From: an uncultured Planctomycetota bacterium
GTDB lineage: Bacteria; Planctomycetota; Planctomycetia; Isosphaerales; Isosphaeraceae
Assembly (NCBI GenBank): GCA_963737655.1
Contig: CAVTTN010000002.1
Location: 3,680,001 to 3,744,000, forward strand
Reading direction: 5' to 3'
DNA length: 64,000 bases
The notes under the pieces are model-generated. The model saw only the letters and a list, made by a program, of their open reading frames with translations. It was not told the origin of the DNA and searched no databases. This document shows positions 46,172 through 56,437 of this stretch, piece after piece (position 1 is the stretch's first letter; each line of letters opens with the position of its first letter). The translations under genes were made by a program, and so were the position numbers.

Positions 46172-47998
46172 ATGGCTCGCCCCCGCCCGCCGATCCGGGT
46201 TTTCGGACGATGGCTCGCCTGGCTCTCGCTCGCGGGGCCGATGCTGGCCTGTCCGGCCCTCGCCGACGACCCGGCCTCGTGGGTCAATGCCCGGGTCGTC
46301 CTGAAGTCGGCGAGCGTGAAGCTCACGAATGATCAGGGCGTCGTGGAGACAATGCCCTATGCGGGCGCCTTCCGCGTGGTCCGGGTGGACGGCCGCCGGC
46401 TCTGGCTGGAGAGTTTCCTGGACGAATCGGGATGGGTCCTCGAAGACGAGGTCGTGCGGATCGGCGATGCCTTGAAATTCTTCGAAGAGAAGCTCACCCC
46501 CGGTCCCGATGCGTATGCATACGCCATGCGGGCCTCCTCTCGGCTCACCACGTTGGGGGGCGATCTTCAGCAGAAATATCGACTCAACATCGCCGATCTC
46601 ACGGAGGCGATCCGGCTCGACCCGGAATCTTGCGAATTGTACTTCAAGCGAGCCGGGTCCCTGGAGATGTCGGGCGAGCCTGACAGGGCCTTCGCGGACA
46701 CCGATCAGGCCATTCGGCTGTCGGAGGGCACGCCCTATCATTCCAGATACCTCTTCGGTCGAGCCTCGCGATGGAAGAGGAAGGGTGAGATCGACCTTGC
46801 CCTCGCCGACCTGGACCGTGCGATCGCCCTTGGTTCCTCGAAAAGCCTCATGGCGGCGATGTTCAGGACCCGGGCCGAGATCTGGCAGGAGAAGGGAGAC
46901 TTCGATCGCTCCCTGGCCGATTGCAACGCGGGTTTGAAGATCGAGCCCGGTTTGCAGTCTCTCGTTTTCCTTCGCGGCAAGACGTTTGCCTCGAAAGCCG
47001 ACCATGAGAGCGCGATCCGGGATTTCAACCGGGTGATTGAGTTGGATCCGGGATACGTGGCCTGCTTCAAGGCACGTGCCTCGTCTCGAATCGCTCTCGG
47101 GCGGTTTGCCGAAGCGATCGCGGACTACGACCTCTCCCTGGCGAGGAACCCGAAACAGCCCGACATCTGGCAGGCTCGATCCTATGCTCAGGCCAGCCTC
47201 GGCGACCACCGCGCGGCGATCGCCAGCCTGGACCGGGCGATCGAACTGGCTCCCCAGGCCGCTCAACTCTACCGTTCTCGGGGTTTCTCCTGGACGAGGT
47301 TGGGCGAAGATGGCAAGGCGATCGAGGACCTCGGTCGTGCCGTCGCCCTGGATCCGAAAGTCGCCGATGCGTGGCACGATCGCGCGTCGGCTCGGTTGCG
47401 AACCTTTCAACTGCCGGGTGCCATCGAGGACGAGAACGAGGCGATCCGACTCCGGCCCGACAAGCCCGAATACTGGCGGACCCGGGCCGGCGCCTTCCTG
47501 CTTTGCCTCGACATGGACCGGGCCCTCAAGGACTATGACGAGGCGATCGGGCTCGACCCGGGCAGCGCCGACCTGTATCGGGGCCGGGCCGTCGTCTTCA
47601 ACCGCAGGGGAGAATACGAGCGGGCGATCGCCGACCTTCGCGAATCCATCCGGCTCGACAGGGCCTCTCATGGTGCCGCCCTGCAACTGGCCCGCATCCT
47701 GTCGGCCTGCCCCGACGAAAAGTTCCGCCGGGGCGAGGAAGCCTTGACGCTCGCCCTGGTCCACAACAAGTCCCTGAACTGGGCGAACCACACGGCCCTG
47801 GATGTCCTCGCCGGAGCATTCGCCGAGGTCGGGCTGTTCCCCATCGCGGTTGGCGTCGAGCAAAGCGCTCGGAACGCCCTTCCGGCCAAGGATTCCGTCC
47901 TGCGGTCGCTCTACCTCGCCCACGAAGACCTCTACCGCATGGAGACACCCCTTCGCCTGGGAACTTCTCCTGAGGTCCCGGCCCCTCTCCCGAAGTGA
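46172..47998 (+). CDS. Secreted tetratricopeptide repeat protein
   Basis: Signal-peptide-like N-terminus, short beta-rich domain (ending GWV), then about 11-12 A-x-AD-x-x-AI-x-LDP TPR units. Confidence 0.88.
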   Translation: MARPRPPIRVFGRWLAWLSLAGPMLACPALADDPASWVNARVVLKSASVKLTNDQGVVETMPYAGAFRVVRVDGRRLWLESFLDESGWVLEDEVVRIGDALKFFEEKLTPGPDAYAYAMRASSRLTTLGGDLQQKYRLNIADLTEAIRLDPESCELYFKRAGSLEMSGEPDRAFADTDQAIRLSEGTPYHSRYLFGRASRWKRKGEIDLALADLDRAIALGSSKSLMAAMFRTRAEIWQEKGDFDRSLADCNAGLKIEPGLQSLVFLRGKTFASKADHESAIRDFNRVIELDPGYVACFKARASSRIALGRFAEAIADYDLSLARNPKQPDIWQARSYAQASLGDHRAAIASLDRAIELAPQAAQLYRSRGFSWTRLGEDGKAIEDLGRAVALDPKVADAWHDRASARLRTFQLPGAIEDENEAIRLRPDKPEYWRTRAGAFLLCLDMDRALKDYDEAIGLDPGSADLYRGRAVVFNRRGEYERAIADLRESIRLDRASHGAALQLARILSACPDEKFRRGEEALTLALVHNKSLNWANHTALDVLAGAFAEVGLFPIAVGVEQSARNALPAKDSVLRSLYLAHEDLYRMETPLRLGTSPEVPAPLPK

Positions 47999-48034
47999 GG
48001 CCGAGACCGTCGGACGATCCCGAAGGGAGAGGGC

Positions 48035-49138
48035 CTACACGGCCAGCGCCATCGCCATTTGCGGCTCGGCGTCGATGTATTCGTAGAAGACGTTCCGCTG
48101 CCTGGGGACGTAACCGGCCTCTCGGATCGCCCTCTTGATCTCGTTCAGGGTGAGGTGGTGGACCGTCCCGGCCGAGGAGACGACGTTCTCCTCGATCATG
48201 AGGCTGCCCATGTCGTTCGCCCCGAAAAACAGGGCGATCTGGCCGATTTTTGCCCCTTGCGTGACCCAGGACGACTGGATGTTCGGCACGTTGTCCAGGT
48301 AGAGACGAGAAATCGCCTGGACCCTCAGGTACTCGAACGCCCCCGAAGCCGGGACGTCCTTCATCTCGGTGTGATCGGGCTGGAACGTCCAGGAGATGAA
48401 CGCCGTGAGGCCGCCCGTCTCGTCCTGGAGCTGGCGGACTCGCTCGAAGTGCTCGATGCGTTCTTCCTGGGTCTCGATGTGGCCGAACATCATCGTGGCC
48501 GTGGACCTGCCGCCGAGCTCGTGCCAGACCCGGTGGACGTTCAGCCAGTCGTCGGTGAGCACCTTCCCCTTCGTCATCGCCTTGCGGACGCGATCGACGA
48601 GGATCTCGCCGCCCCCTCCGGGCAGTGAGCCGAGCCCGGCGTCCTTGAGTTGCGCGAGGACGTCGCGCAAGGGCATCTTGAACTTTTTGTGGAAGAAGTG
48701 GACCTCGGGCGGGCTGAACCCGTGGATGTTGATCCGGGGGAAGTGCGACTTGATGTCCTGGAGGAGGTCGAGATACCACTCGAACGGCAGGTCGGGATGC
48801 AGTCCGCCCTGCATCAGGATCTGGTCGCCGCCGAGCGCCTCGGTCTCCTCGATCTTCTTCAGCAAGGCCCCGCGTTCGAGGACGTAGGCGTCCGTGTCGC
48901 CGACCTTGCGATAGAAGGCGCAGAAATCGCAGATCGCGGCGCAGACATTCGTGTAATTGATGTTGCGGTCGATGTTGTAGGTGCGGAACGGCTCGGGGTG
49001 GAGGCGTCGGCAAACGGCGTCGGCGGCCTTCCCCAGGGAGAGGAGGTCGGCCTCCCTCATCAGGGTCACTCCGTCGTCGAAACTCAGGCGGTCGCCGTCA
49101 ACGACTCGTCGCAAGATCGAGGGGACTGCTGAAGACAA
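48035..49138 (-). CDS. mqnC: Cyclic dehypoxanthinyl futalosine synthase (radical SAM)
   Basis: DRNINYTNVCAAICDFCAFYR, QGGLHP, PGGGGEIL, TATMMFGH, NIQSSWVTQG, GANDMGS. Confidence 0.93.
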   Translation of the reverse strand: MSSAVPSILRRVVDGDRLSFDDGVTLMREADLLSLGKAADAVCRRLHPEPFRTYNIDRNINYTNVCAAICDFCAFYRKVGDTDAYVLERGALLKKIEETEALGGDQILMQGGLHPDLPFEWYLDLLQDIKSHFPRINIHGFSPPEVHFFHKKFKMPLRDVLAQLKDAGLGSLPGGGGEILVDRVRKAMTKGKVLTDDWLNVHRVWHELGGRSTATMMFGHIETQEERIEHFERVRQLQDETGGLTAFISWTFQPDHTEMKDVPASGAFEYLRVQAISRLYLDNVPNIQSSWVTQGAKIGQIALFFGANDMGSLMIEENVVSSAGTVHHLTLNEIKRAIREAGYVPRQRNVFYEYIDAEPQMAMALAV

Positions 49139-49925
49139 GGTCCGCTCCTCTCGGGGCCAGCCCCAAATCGGCCGCCTTCTCGGCGAACAGGCGGAGGCCC
49201 GCCAGTTCCGGCCCGTTCAGGTCGTAGGACAGGACTTCGGTCAGATAACTCAGGCAAGACGAGCGGTCGAGGCCCAATCGGGGGCCATTCGCGTCGGCGA
49301 TCTCCCCGGCGTGGGCCAGTCCCAGACGCCTCGACCTGTCCAGCTGGGCGGGCAGCTCGCCGAGATCGACGCCCGGCCTCGCCACCCAGAGCGCGAAGAC
49401 GAAGGGGAGGCCCGTGAGCCGGTTCCAGGCCTGGGCCAGGTCCACGACGGCGAAAAACGGCTCGTCCGGGTCGTTCATGGCCCGGTCGCCGATCAGCAGG
49501 ACGGCGTCGGCCGTGCTCTCCTGGACCGGGACGCCCATCGGCAGGGTCTCGACGATCGGCGGACGGACCCCGTGGGCCGAGTCGAGCCAGACCCGGCAGA
49601 GGGCCTGGCTCGTCCTCGAACCTTCATCGAGGGCCAATCGGCGGATCTGCGGGAACGGGACGCGGCTGAACAGCTTCACGCTCCGGACCGGACCCCTCGC
49701 CGCGATGGCGAACCCCGGGATGATCCGGTAACCCAGCCGGGCCCCGCGAAGGTATTCCACCGAGGGAATCAACGCCACGTCCAGCTCGGCCCGCGCCAGG
49801 CGGTCGGCCAGGACGCTCGGGTAATCCATCTCCAGACGGACCGAGGGCGCGATCTCCCCGAGACGGTAATACAGCGGCTTCGCGTTCAGGTACGTGACCG
49901 CGCCGACCCGCAACGTCCCGCCCAT
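49098..49925 (-). CDS. mqnA: Chorismate dehydratase (futalosine pathway)
   Basis: VGAVTYLNAKPL, GPVRSVKL, SRTS, LLIGDRA, DLAQAW-x-TGLPFVFALW. Confidence 0.93.
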   Translation of the reverse strand: MGGTLRVGAVTYLNAKPLYYRLGEIAPSVRLEMDYPSVLADRLARAELDVALIPSVEYLRGARLGYRIIPGFAIAARGPVRSVKLFSRVPFPQIRRLALDEGSRTSQALCRVWLDSAHGVRPPIVETLPMGVPVQESTADAVLLIGDRAMNDPDEPFFAVVDLAQAWNRLTGLPFVFALWVARPGVDLGELPAQLDRSRRLGLAHAGEIADANGPRLGLDRSSCLSYLTEVLSYDLNGPELAGLRLFAEKAADLGLAPRGADLVFSSPLDLATSR

Positions 49926-50028
49926 CCGCCGGCCCTCCGAACGATCCGGGTGATTCCGTCCGAACGTTCAGAAAAAAGTATACGCCGAACGGGGCGGAGC
50001 GGCAAGGCGGGTTGATCGGTCCGGCCGG

Positions 50029-51771
50029 TCAATAATCCATCCTCTGGAAGGCCCTCATGCCCATCCGAAGGGGGACGATGGTCGCGATCGCCCCGAGGAT
50101 CAGGCTGACGGCGACGGAGAGCATGAGCCAGCCGCGGACCTGGTCGATCTTGACGGCCTGGAAGAACGGGGCGTCGTTGATCTCGATCCGGTAGAAGAGG
50201 AGCTGCGAAGGCATCGCCAGGGCGGTGACGACGAGGATGATGAAGACCAGGCTGACGAGGAGGTTGAGCGTCCCGCCGAAGCCCGAGGCGATCTTGGACG
50301 GGTCCTCCTCGCGGAGGTTGGGCAAGCGGGCGCCGAGGCCGACGCTGATGCCCGAGAGGCCGAAGCAGAGGATCGCCACCGTGGCCGCGTGGACGAGGAT
50401 CATCGTCGGCCCGACTTCCAGCATGATGTCGGAGAGGATGATCAGGAACTCCGTGGCGACCAGCGAGATCCCCGAGGCGAACGCGAACTTGCCCCAGAGG
50501 ATCGCGTCTCGCCTTAGGGGCAGCAGGCCGAGCACCCAGAGGTTGCGGCCTTCGAGCGAGAGTAGCGGGAAGATGAATCGGGTGGTGAATGTCGAAAGGA
50601 TCAGCGCGGTGACGGTCAGGTTCATGAAGCTCAGGAGGTTGCGTTGCCAGTAGGGCGTCTGCTCGCCGTAGCCGAGCCGGCGGATGTTGATGAAGTAGAA
50701 CGCGAGCAAGCCGAAGAAGATCAGGAACTGCGACCACTGCGCGGGGTCTCGGCGGAAGGTGCGGAGGTCCTTGAGGATCAGCAACCGGATCGGATTGGGC
50801 AGGAAGAAGAAGGCGCGGTGGAACAGGGAATCGAGCCCGTACAGGCCGATCCTCCGGCGAGACGACCGGCCGCCCTGGACCCGGCTGTAGCCCCTCCGGT
50901 AGAGGTCGCGAGCGGCCACGGCGGCGAGGAGGTAGGCCACGCCGGCGTGGGAGGTCGTCGCCATCAGGTAGAACAGTCCCTCGGTCCACTCGCCCTTGGC
51001 GGCGCCGAGGAGCCCCTTGGACATCCAAGTGCTGGGCAGGAGCGGGTGCTGGCTGAAGGCGAGCTGGCCGATCAGGGCGTCGAGCCAGTCGCGGGTCATC
51101 GCGTCCCCGGGGGTTCGGAAGAGGCGAATCCCCAGGAAGACGCCCCCGACGACGACGGCCCCGGCCAGCAGGGCCAGGCCCGTCTTGGCTCGCCTCGGCA
51201 TGTAGTTGGCGATCAGGATCGCGCCGATTGCCCCGAGGCTGCCCGGGATCAGGACGAAACCGAGCAGGAACGCGAGGAACACGAGATAGAACCCGGGAGA
51301 CGCCCCGACGCTGATCCCATACGCCACCATCATCGGGCTGCCCAGGAGCAGGAACCCCCAGCACGAGAAGGCCATCGCCTCGGCGAACTTGAACGCGAAC
51401 ACGCGGTCGGCCGGCGCGGGCATCGTGAGGAGGTAGGTGGACTCCCTGGAGTGGAACAGGCCGGTGTAGGTGATGATCCCCGTCGAGAAGACCAGCAAGA
51501 TCAACAGAGAGAGGAAGAACATCCCGAAGAGATATTCGATCACCTCGCCGGTGGACCCGACATACGTGGAGAGGAACTGGAACCCCTCGAAGAACAGGAC
51601 GAACAGGGCCGTCCAGAAGACGGCCGAGCATCCCAGGATCATCGCGAAGCGGAGCCGGGAGCCGGCGATCAGGCCGGCGACCTGATTCTTGAGGAGGCGG
51701 AGCCTCAGGCGGGACAGCGCGCGGGCGGGCCTCCCCGGAGTGCCTCGCGTCCCGGCCCGGATCGTCGTCAC
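50029..51771 (-). CDS. Putative ABC-2-type transporter permease
   Basis: More than 10 TM segments; KDLRTFRRDPAQWSQ; RFIFPLLSLEGR; GTGA-coupled to the ATPase. Confidence 0.85.
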   Translation of the reverse strand: MTTIRAGTRGTPGRPARALSRLRLRLLKNQVAGLIAGSRLRFAMILGCSAVFWTALFVLFFEGFQFLSTYVGSTGEVIEYLFGMFFLSLLILLVFSTGIITYTGLFHSRESTYLLTMPAPADRVFAFKFAEAMAFSCWGFLLLGSPMMVAYGISVGASPGFYLVFLAFLLGFVLIPGSLGAIGAILIANYMPRRAKTGLALLAGAVVVGGVFLGIRLFRTPGDAMTRDWLDALIGQLAFSQHPLLPSTWMSKGLLGAAKGEWTEGLFYLMATTSHAGVAYLLAAVAARDLYRRGYSRVQGGRSSRRRIGLYGLDSLFHRAFFFLPNPIRLLILKDLRTFRRDPAQWSQFLIFFGLLAFYFINIRRLGYGEQTPYWQRNLLSFMNLTVTALILSTFTTRFIFPLLSLEGRNLWVLGLLPLRRDAILWGKFAFASGISLVATEFLIILSDIMLEVGPTMILVHAATVAILCFGLSGISVGLGARLPNLREEDPSKIASGFGGTLNLLVSLVFIILVVTALAMPSQLLFYRIEINDAPFFQAVKIDQVRGWLMLSVAVSLILGAIATIVPLRMGMRAFQRMDY

Positions 51772-52535
51772 GATCGCGCCTCCAGCTCGCCCACGGCCCC
51801 GATCGGATTGGCCACGGGACGGTCCCCGCCGGTCAGGCGGAGGAACAGGTGTTCGAGGGGGCCGTGAATCTGGGCCTCCTCGCGGATCTCGGCGAGGCTG
51901 CCCCGGGTGAGCATCCGGCCGTGATCGATGATCCCGATCGTGTCGGCCAGCTCCTCGGCGATCGAGAGCAGGTGCGTGGACATCATCACGGCCACGCCCG
52001 ATCGGGCCTGCGCGAGGAATAGATCCTTGACGATCCGGGCCGATCGCGGGTCCAGGCCCACGAGCGGCTCGTCGACGATCAGGACCTTGGGATCGTGGAC
52101 CAGCGCCGAGGCGAAGACGACTCGCTGCTTCATCCCGTGCGAGTAGTTCTCGCTGAGCTCGTCGATGAAGTCGCCCATCTCGAAGATCTCGACGAGCGAG
52201 GCGATCTTGGTCCGGGCCGCGGTGGGATCGATCCCGTACATCTCGCTGACGAAGCGGAGGAACTCGCGGCCGGTGAGCTTCTCGTAGAGGTAGGGCTGGT
52301 CCGGGACGTAGGCCATCATCTGGCGGGCGTCCTGGCTGGAGGCGGGGAAGCCGCCGATGAGGACGGTCCCGGCCGTCGGCGTGAGCAACCCGCAGATCAT
52401 CTTGATGGTGGTGGTCTTGCCGGCGCCGTTGGGCCCGAGGAAGGCGAAGAGCTCGCCGGCCTTGACCTCCAGGTCCAGGCGGTCCACGGCCTTCCTCGCG
52501 CCGAAGGCCTTGGTCACGCCCCGAAGCTCGATCAT
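51768..52535 (-). CDS. ABC transporter ATP-binding protein (reads in-frame fused to the upstream gene)
   Basis: [41 protein letters not shown]; purine-rich Shine-Dalgarno-like sequence before ATG 52535. Confidence 0.9.
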   Translation of the reverse strand: MIELRGVTKAFGARKAVDRLDLEVKAGELFAFLGPNGAGKTTTIKMICGLLTPTAGTVLIGGFPASSQDARQMMAYVPDQPYLYEKLTGREFLRFVSEMYGIDPTAARTKIASLVEIFEMGDFIDELSENYSHGMKQRVVFASALVHDPKVLIVDEPLVGLDPRSARIVKDLFLAQARSGVAVMMSTHLLSIAEELADTIGIIDHGRMLTRGSLAEIREEAQIHGPLEHLFLRLTGGDRPVANPIGAVGELEARS

Positions 52536-53423
52536 CGCCGGCCCCTCCCCCGGCCCGAAGGCGACGGCGGAAGGGGCGCCGGGCCCGGTCTGCGCGTCGT
52601 CGGGCAGCCTTTCCAGGATCAACTTGAATCGGTCGGGGAACGGCAGCTCCTGGCGGAGGACCAGGCCGTCGCTGGCCCGGACCCAGGTCGTCGCCGAGAT
52701 CGGGCTCATCCGGGTGACGACCTTCAGCGTGGCCACCGTCGAATTCCCCCACAGGATATGCTGGACCGCCTCGACGTCCACCCGGCACGTCTGGACCCGG
52801 CCGGACAGCGGGCTGATGACCTGGCTCTCCCACTTCTGGCCGACCTGAAGGCCCGGCATCCGTTCGAGAGGGCCCAGGCTGTTCTGGACGATCTCCCGGG
52901 GGCGGTACGGGATCGATTGGTTGAAGCCGAGGACCGGCAGGATGCTGCGGACGGCGATGTCCAGCGAATCCTTGTGGTGCCGGCCCTCGATCGAGAGGAT
53001 CTCGACCCGCGAATCCACCTGGCGGACGCCGACCCGGAACGCGCCGAGGTTGCCCGAGGGGTCGATCTCGCAGGAACCCTGGACGAGGATTCGCTCGTTC
53101 GCCTCGTTCTCGATGGCCGTGTACTTGAGGAGTTCGCCGGCATCGAGCCAGGCCTGGCTGGTCATGCGGACCCAGCCGTCCCTCTTCTTCTGGGTCTCGG
53201 TGATGACCTGGCCGACGGACCGGAGGTTCTTGCCCTTGCCGTCCTCGGAGGCGAGGATCGACCAGCGGATCGGCCCCGAGGGCCCCTCATCGGCCAGGGC
53301 GATCGACCGGAGATCGGGCGGGGGACCGATCAGCAAGGTCGGCAGGAAGTCGCGGGTGACCAGCGCCCCGGCGGCGACGGTCCAGAACAGCAAGATGGCG
53401 ACGCAGGCCAGCCGATTCGGCAT
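52532..53423 (-). CDS. Exported/membrane-anchored hypothetical protein (N-terminal part of ORF 51768..53423)
   Basis: N-terminal hydrophobic segment and beta-rich body. Probably ends at the TGA overlapping the ATPase ATG if one indel is corrected. Confidence 0.65.
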
Positions 53424-53776
53424 GGGGAAAGACCTCGGACGCGGACCACGATTCCTTCACTATACGGGCCGGGACCGACGATGAACAAGGGTGGGGCGCG
53501 GTCCGTCTCGGTCCGCTCCCGCTTCCCATCCATCCACGTCTCGACCGAAGGCCGATCTGTTATTCCAGTGGAAGGGTCCGACGCCCCCTCACCCGCCCCG
53601 GGGAGGGGGCAAGCTCCGCTCCGATGGCAAGAACGGATCGACCCCGCTTCTCGACCGGCTCGGGTTGACTGGACCGGCCGCCGGTCGTAGGTTGGAATTG
53701 GGCTCTCCCCCTCCGCTCGGCCCCTGGCACCGACCCGGCGCCCCCCTCGGCCCCCGTCCTCGGAGGACAGGTCTCC

Positions 53777-54559
53777 ATGCGCTCGCCCAGGCGAAGATGG
53801 ATCGTGATGGGCCTGGTCCTGGCGGCCCTCGTGGCGGCTCCCACGGGCCTGTGGGTCTTGCTGACCCACGAGCCCGACTTCTATCGAGCCGCCTCGGCCA
53901 TCCCCCCGGCCCGCCGGCAAGCCGAGGCCCGTCGGCTCGTGGCCCAGGGCCTTCAGCTCCGCAACGACATCGTGAACGAGCCGAAATGGGAGGCGGTGTT
54001 CTCCGACGAGGAGGTCAACGCCTGGCTCGCCGAGGACCTGGTCACCCACTTCGCCGAGCAGATCCCGTCGGGCGTCCACGAGCCTCGCGTGGTCTTCGAG
54101 ATGGACCGCGTGATCCTCGCCTTCCAGCTCGATCAGGGTCCGGTCCGGTCGGTCGTCTGGGTCGTCGCCCGCCCCCGGGTGACCCAGCCGAACACGCTGG
54201 CCCTGACGATCGAGAAGATCCGCGCCGGGGCGGTGCCGATCCCCGCCGAGAGGCTCCTGGACCGGATCACCGAGAAGGCCCAGGCCAACGGGCTGGAAGT
54301 GCGATGGGAGCAGGACGGCGACCTGCCGGTCGCGGTCCTGAAGTACTCGCCGAATCTCGGCCGGAGGGACGTGGTCCTGGAGAAGCTCCTGGTGGTCAAC
54401 GGCCAGATCCGCCTGGCGGGCCGATCGAGCCGCACCAAGGGCACGGTCGCCGCCCCGACCCTCCCGAGCCGCAAGGTCCTTCAGTCCACCTTCCCGCCCA
54501 GGAACAGGCCCCAGCCTCCTCCGGCGTCCCGGGAGAATTCGGCCTCGCCGATGAGCTGA
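53777..54559 (+). CDS. Membrane-anchored hypothetical protein
   Basis: N-terminal TM segment; FSDEEVNAWLAEDL; RAGAVPIP; GGAGG upstream. Confidence 0.75.
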   Translation: MRSPRRRWIVMGLVLAALVAAPTGLWVLLTHEPDFYRAASAIPPARRQAEARRLVAQGLQLRNDIVNEPKWEAVFSDEEVNAWLAEDLVTHFAEQIPSGVHEPRVVFEMDRVILAFQLDQGPVRSVVWVVARPRVTQPNTLALTIEKIRAGAVPIPAERLLDRITEKAQANGLEVRWEQDGDLPVAVLKYSPNLGRRDVVLEKLLVVNGQIRLAGRSSRTKGTVAAPTLPSRKVLQSTFPPRNRPQPPPASRENSASPMS

Positions 54560-54834
54560 TCGCCCTCCAGGACCACCAAGACGCGATCCTCGGACCAGGA
54601 AACGACCTCGAAACGCCCCGCCGCCACCCGCCGGACCTCGCCCCGCCCTCCCGAGATCGGTCCCTGAAAGTCGAGATACACCAGGCGGTGATCGGGGAGA
54701 GCCCGGGCCCGGAGCCGGCAACCGACCTGCAACGGCTCGTCGATCGCCCAGGACGCGAGGGCCCCTCCGCGTTCGAGGAAGAAATCCCAGTGGACGCCAT
54801 CCCACCGATGCTCCAGGACGACGAATCTCGGCAT
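54481..54834 (-). CDS. Stand-alone LigD-type 3'-phosphoesterase domain protein
   Basis: RFVVLEH, HWDFFLE, LASWA, DHRLVYLDFQG(P)IS-x-RGEV motifs of the LigD PE module. Confidence 0.8.
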   Translation of the reverse strand: MPRFVVLEHRWDGVHWDFFLERGGALASWAIDEPLQVGCRLRARALPDHRLVYLDFQGPISGGRGEVRRVAAGRFEVVSWSEDRVLVVLEGDQLIGEAEFSRDAGGGWGLFLGGKVD

Positions 54835-54977
54835 CCGCTCCATCCTCCGGGGCCAGAGCCTGGCCCGACGGTCGGCCCTGGATTACTCTAGGAGCCTAAC
54901 ATGCCGACCCTTCCCCGCGGACCTGCCAGGGGCCGCGGGATCGACGAAGGGACGGACCCGGAAAGGACGCGGTTTCG

Positions 54978-56390
54978 GTGACTCCCAAAGAGGTCTTGGC
55001 CCAGATCCGTCAGCGAGAGGTCTCCACCGTCGATCTCCGCTTCATGGACTTCCCCGGCGTCTGGCAGCACTTCGCCATCCCCGCCGACTCCTTGACCGAG
55101 GAGACGTTCGAGGACGGGATCGGCTTCGACGGCTCCTCGGTGGTCGGCTGGAGGGCGATCAACGAGGCCGACTTGCTCGTCGTCCCCCAGCCCGAGACCG
55201 CGCTGATCGACCCGTTCACGGCGCGGCCCACGCTGACGATGATCTGCAACATCCAGGACCCGATCACCCAGCAAGACTACACCCGGGACCCGAGGAACAT
55301 CGCGAGGAAGGCCGTCAGCTACATGAGGAGCACCGGCCTGGCCGACCTCTGCCTGGTCGCGCCCGAGCTGGAATTCTTCGTCTTCGACGACGTCCGCTTC
55401 GACCAGACCGGCCACGAAGCGTACCACCACGTCGATTCGGTCGAGGGGGCGTGGAACCGAGGCCGCAAGGAATCGCCGAACCTGGGATCGAAGGCCGGGT
55501 CGGGGCTCGGCTACTTCCCCTGCCCTCCGATCGACAGCCTCGCCGACCTGCGGACGGAGATGTCCGAGATCCTCGCCGAATCGGGCATCGGCACCAGCGC
55601 CCACTATCACGAGGTGGCCACCGGCGGCCAGTGCGAGATCGACTTGACCCAGCGATCGCTCGTCGAATGCGCCGACGCCGTGATGCTGGCCAAGTACATC
55701 ATCCGCAACGTCGCCCGGAGGCATCAGAAGACCGCCACGTTCATGCCCAAGCCGCTCTTCGGCGACAACGGCTCGGGGATGCATACGCACATCACCTTGT
55801 GGAAGAACGAGACGCCGCTGCTGGCCGGCAATCATTACGCCGGCCTGAGCGATCTCGGCCTGTTCGCGATCGGCGGCCTGCTGAAGCACGCGCCGGCCCT
55901 CTGCGCGTTCGCCAACCCGACCACGAACAGCTACAAGAGGCTCGTCCCGGGCTTCGAGGCGCCGACCAAGCTCGCCTACAGCCGGAGGAACCGCTCGGCC
56001 GTCGTCCGCGTGCCGATCTTCAGCCCGAGCCCCCGCACGCGACGGATCGAGTTCCGCGGACCCGACGCCGCCGCCAACCCCTACTTGCTCTTCTCCGCCA
56101 TGCTGATGGCCATGCTCGACGGCATCCAGACCAAGGCCAGCCCCGGAGACCCGCTCGACAAGGACGTCTACGACCTCAAGCCCGAGGAGCTCGACGACGT
56201 CCCGACGACCCCGAGGAGCCTCGAAGCGTCGCTCGCCGCGCTCCGGGCCGACAGCGATTTCCTGCTCCGGGGCGACGTCTTCACGCCCGACGTGATCGAC
56301 ACCTGGATCTGGTACAAGACCGAACACGAGGTCGAGGCCGTCCGAGTCCGCCCCCACCCCTACGAATTCGCGTTGTATTATGACGTGTGA
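54978..56390 (+). CDS. glnA: Glutamine synthetase type I
   Basis: FDGSS, PELEFF, HEVATGGQCEI, FMPKP-x-GDNGSGMH, NSYKRLVPGFEAP, NRSA, IEFR, DVYDL. Confidence 0.97.
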   Translation: MTPKEVLAQIRQREVSTVDLRFMDFPGVWQHFAIPADSLTEETFEDGIGFDGSSVVGWRAINEADLLVVPQPETALIDPFTARPTLTMICNIQDPITQQDYTRDPRNIARKAVSYMRSTGLADLCLVAPELEFFVFDDVRFDQTGHEAYHHVDSVEGAWNRGRKESPNLGSKAGSGLGYFPCPPIDSLADLRTEMSEILAESGIGTSAHYHEVATGGQCEIDLTQRSLVECADAVMLAKYIIRNVARRHQKTATFMPKPLFGDNGSGMHTHITLWKNETPLLAGNHYAGLSDLGLFAIGGLLKHAPALCAFANPTTNSYKRLVPGFEAPTKLAYSRRNRSAVVRVPIFSPSPRTRRIEFRGPDAAANPYLLFSAMLMAMLDGIQTKASPGDPLDKDVYDLKPEELDDVPTTPRSLEASLAALRADSDFLLRGDVFTPDVIDTWIWYKTEHEVEAVRVRPHPYEFALYYDV

Positions 56391-56437
56391 ATCACTTGGT
56401 GTATGAAATGCTCCGACTCAAGACGGAGATCCACGCC

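Noticed and set aside
54844..54977. Sigma54 promoter upstream of glnA
   Set aside because: No convincing TGGCAC-N5-TTGC match with correct GG-N10-GC spacing.
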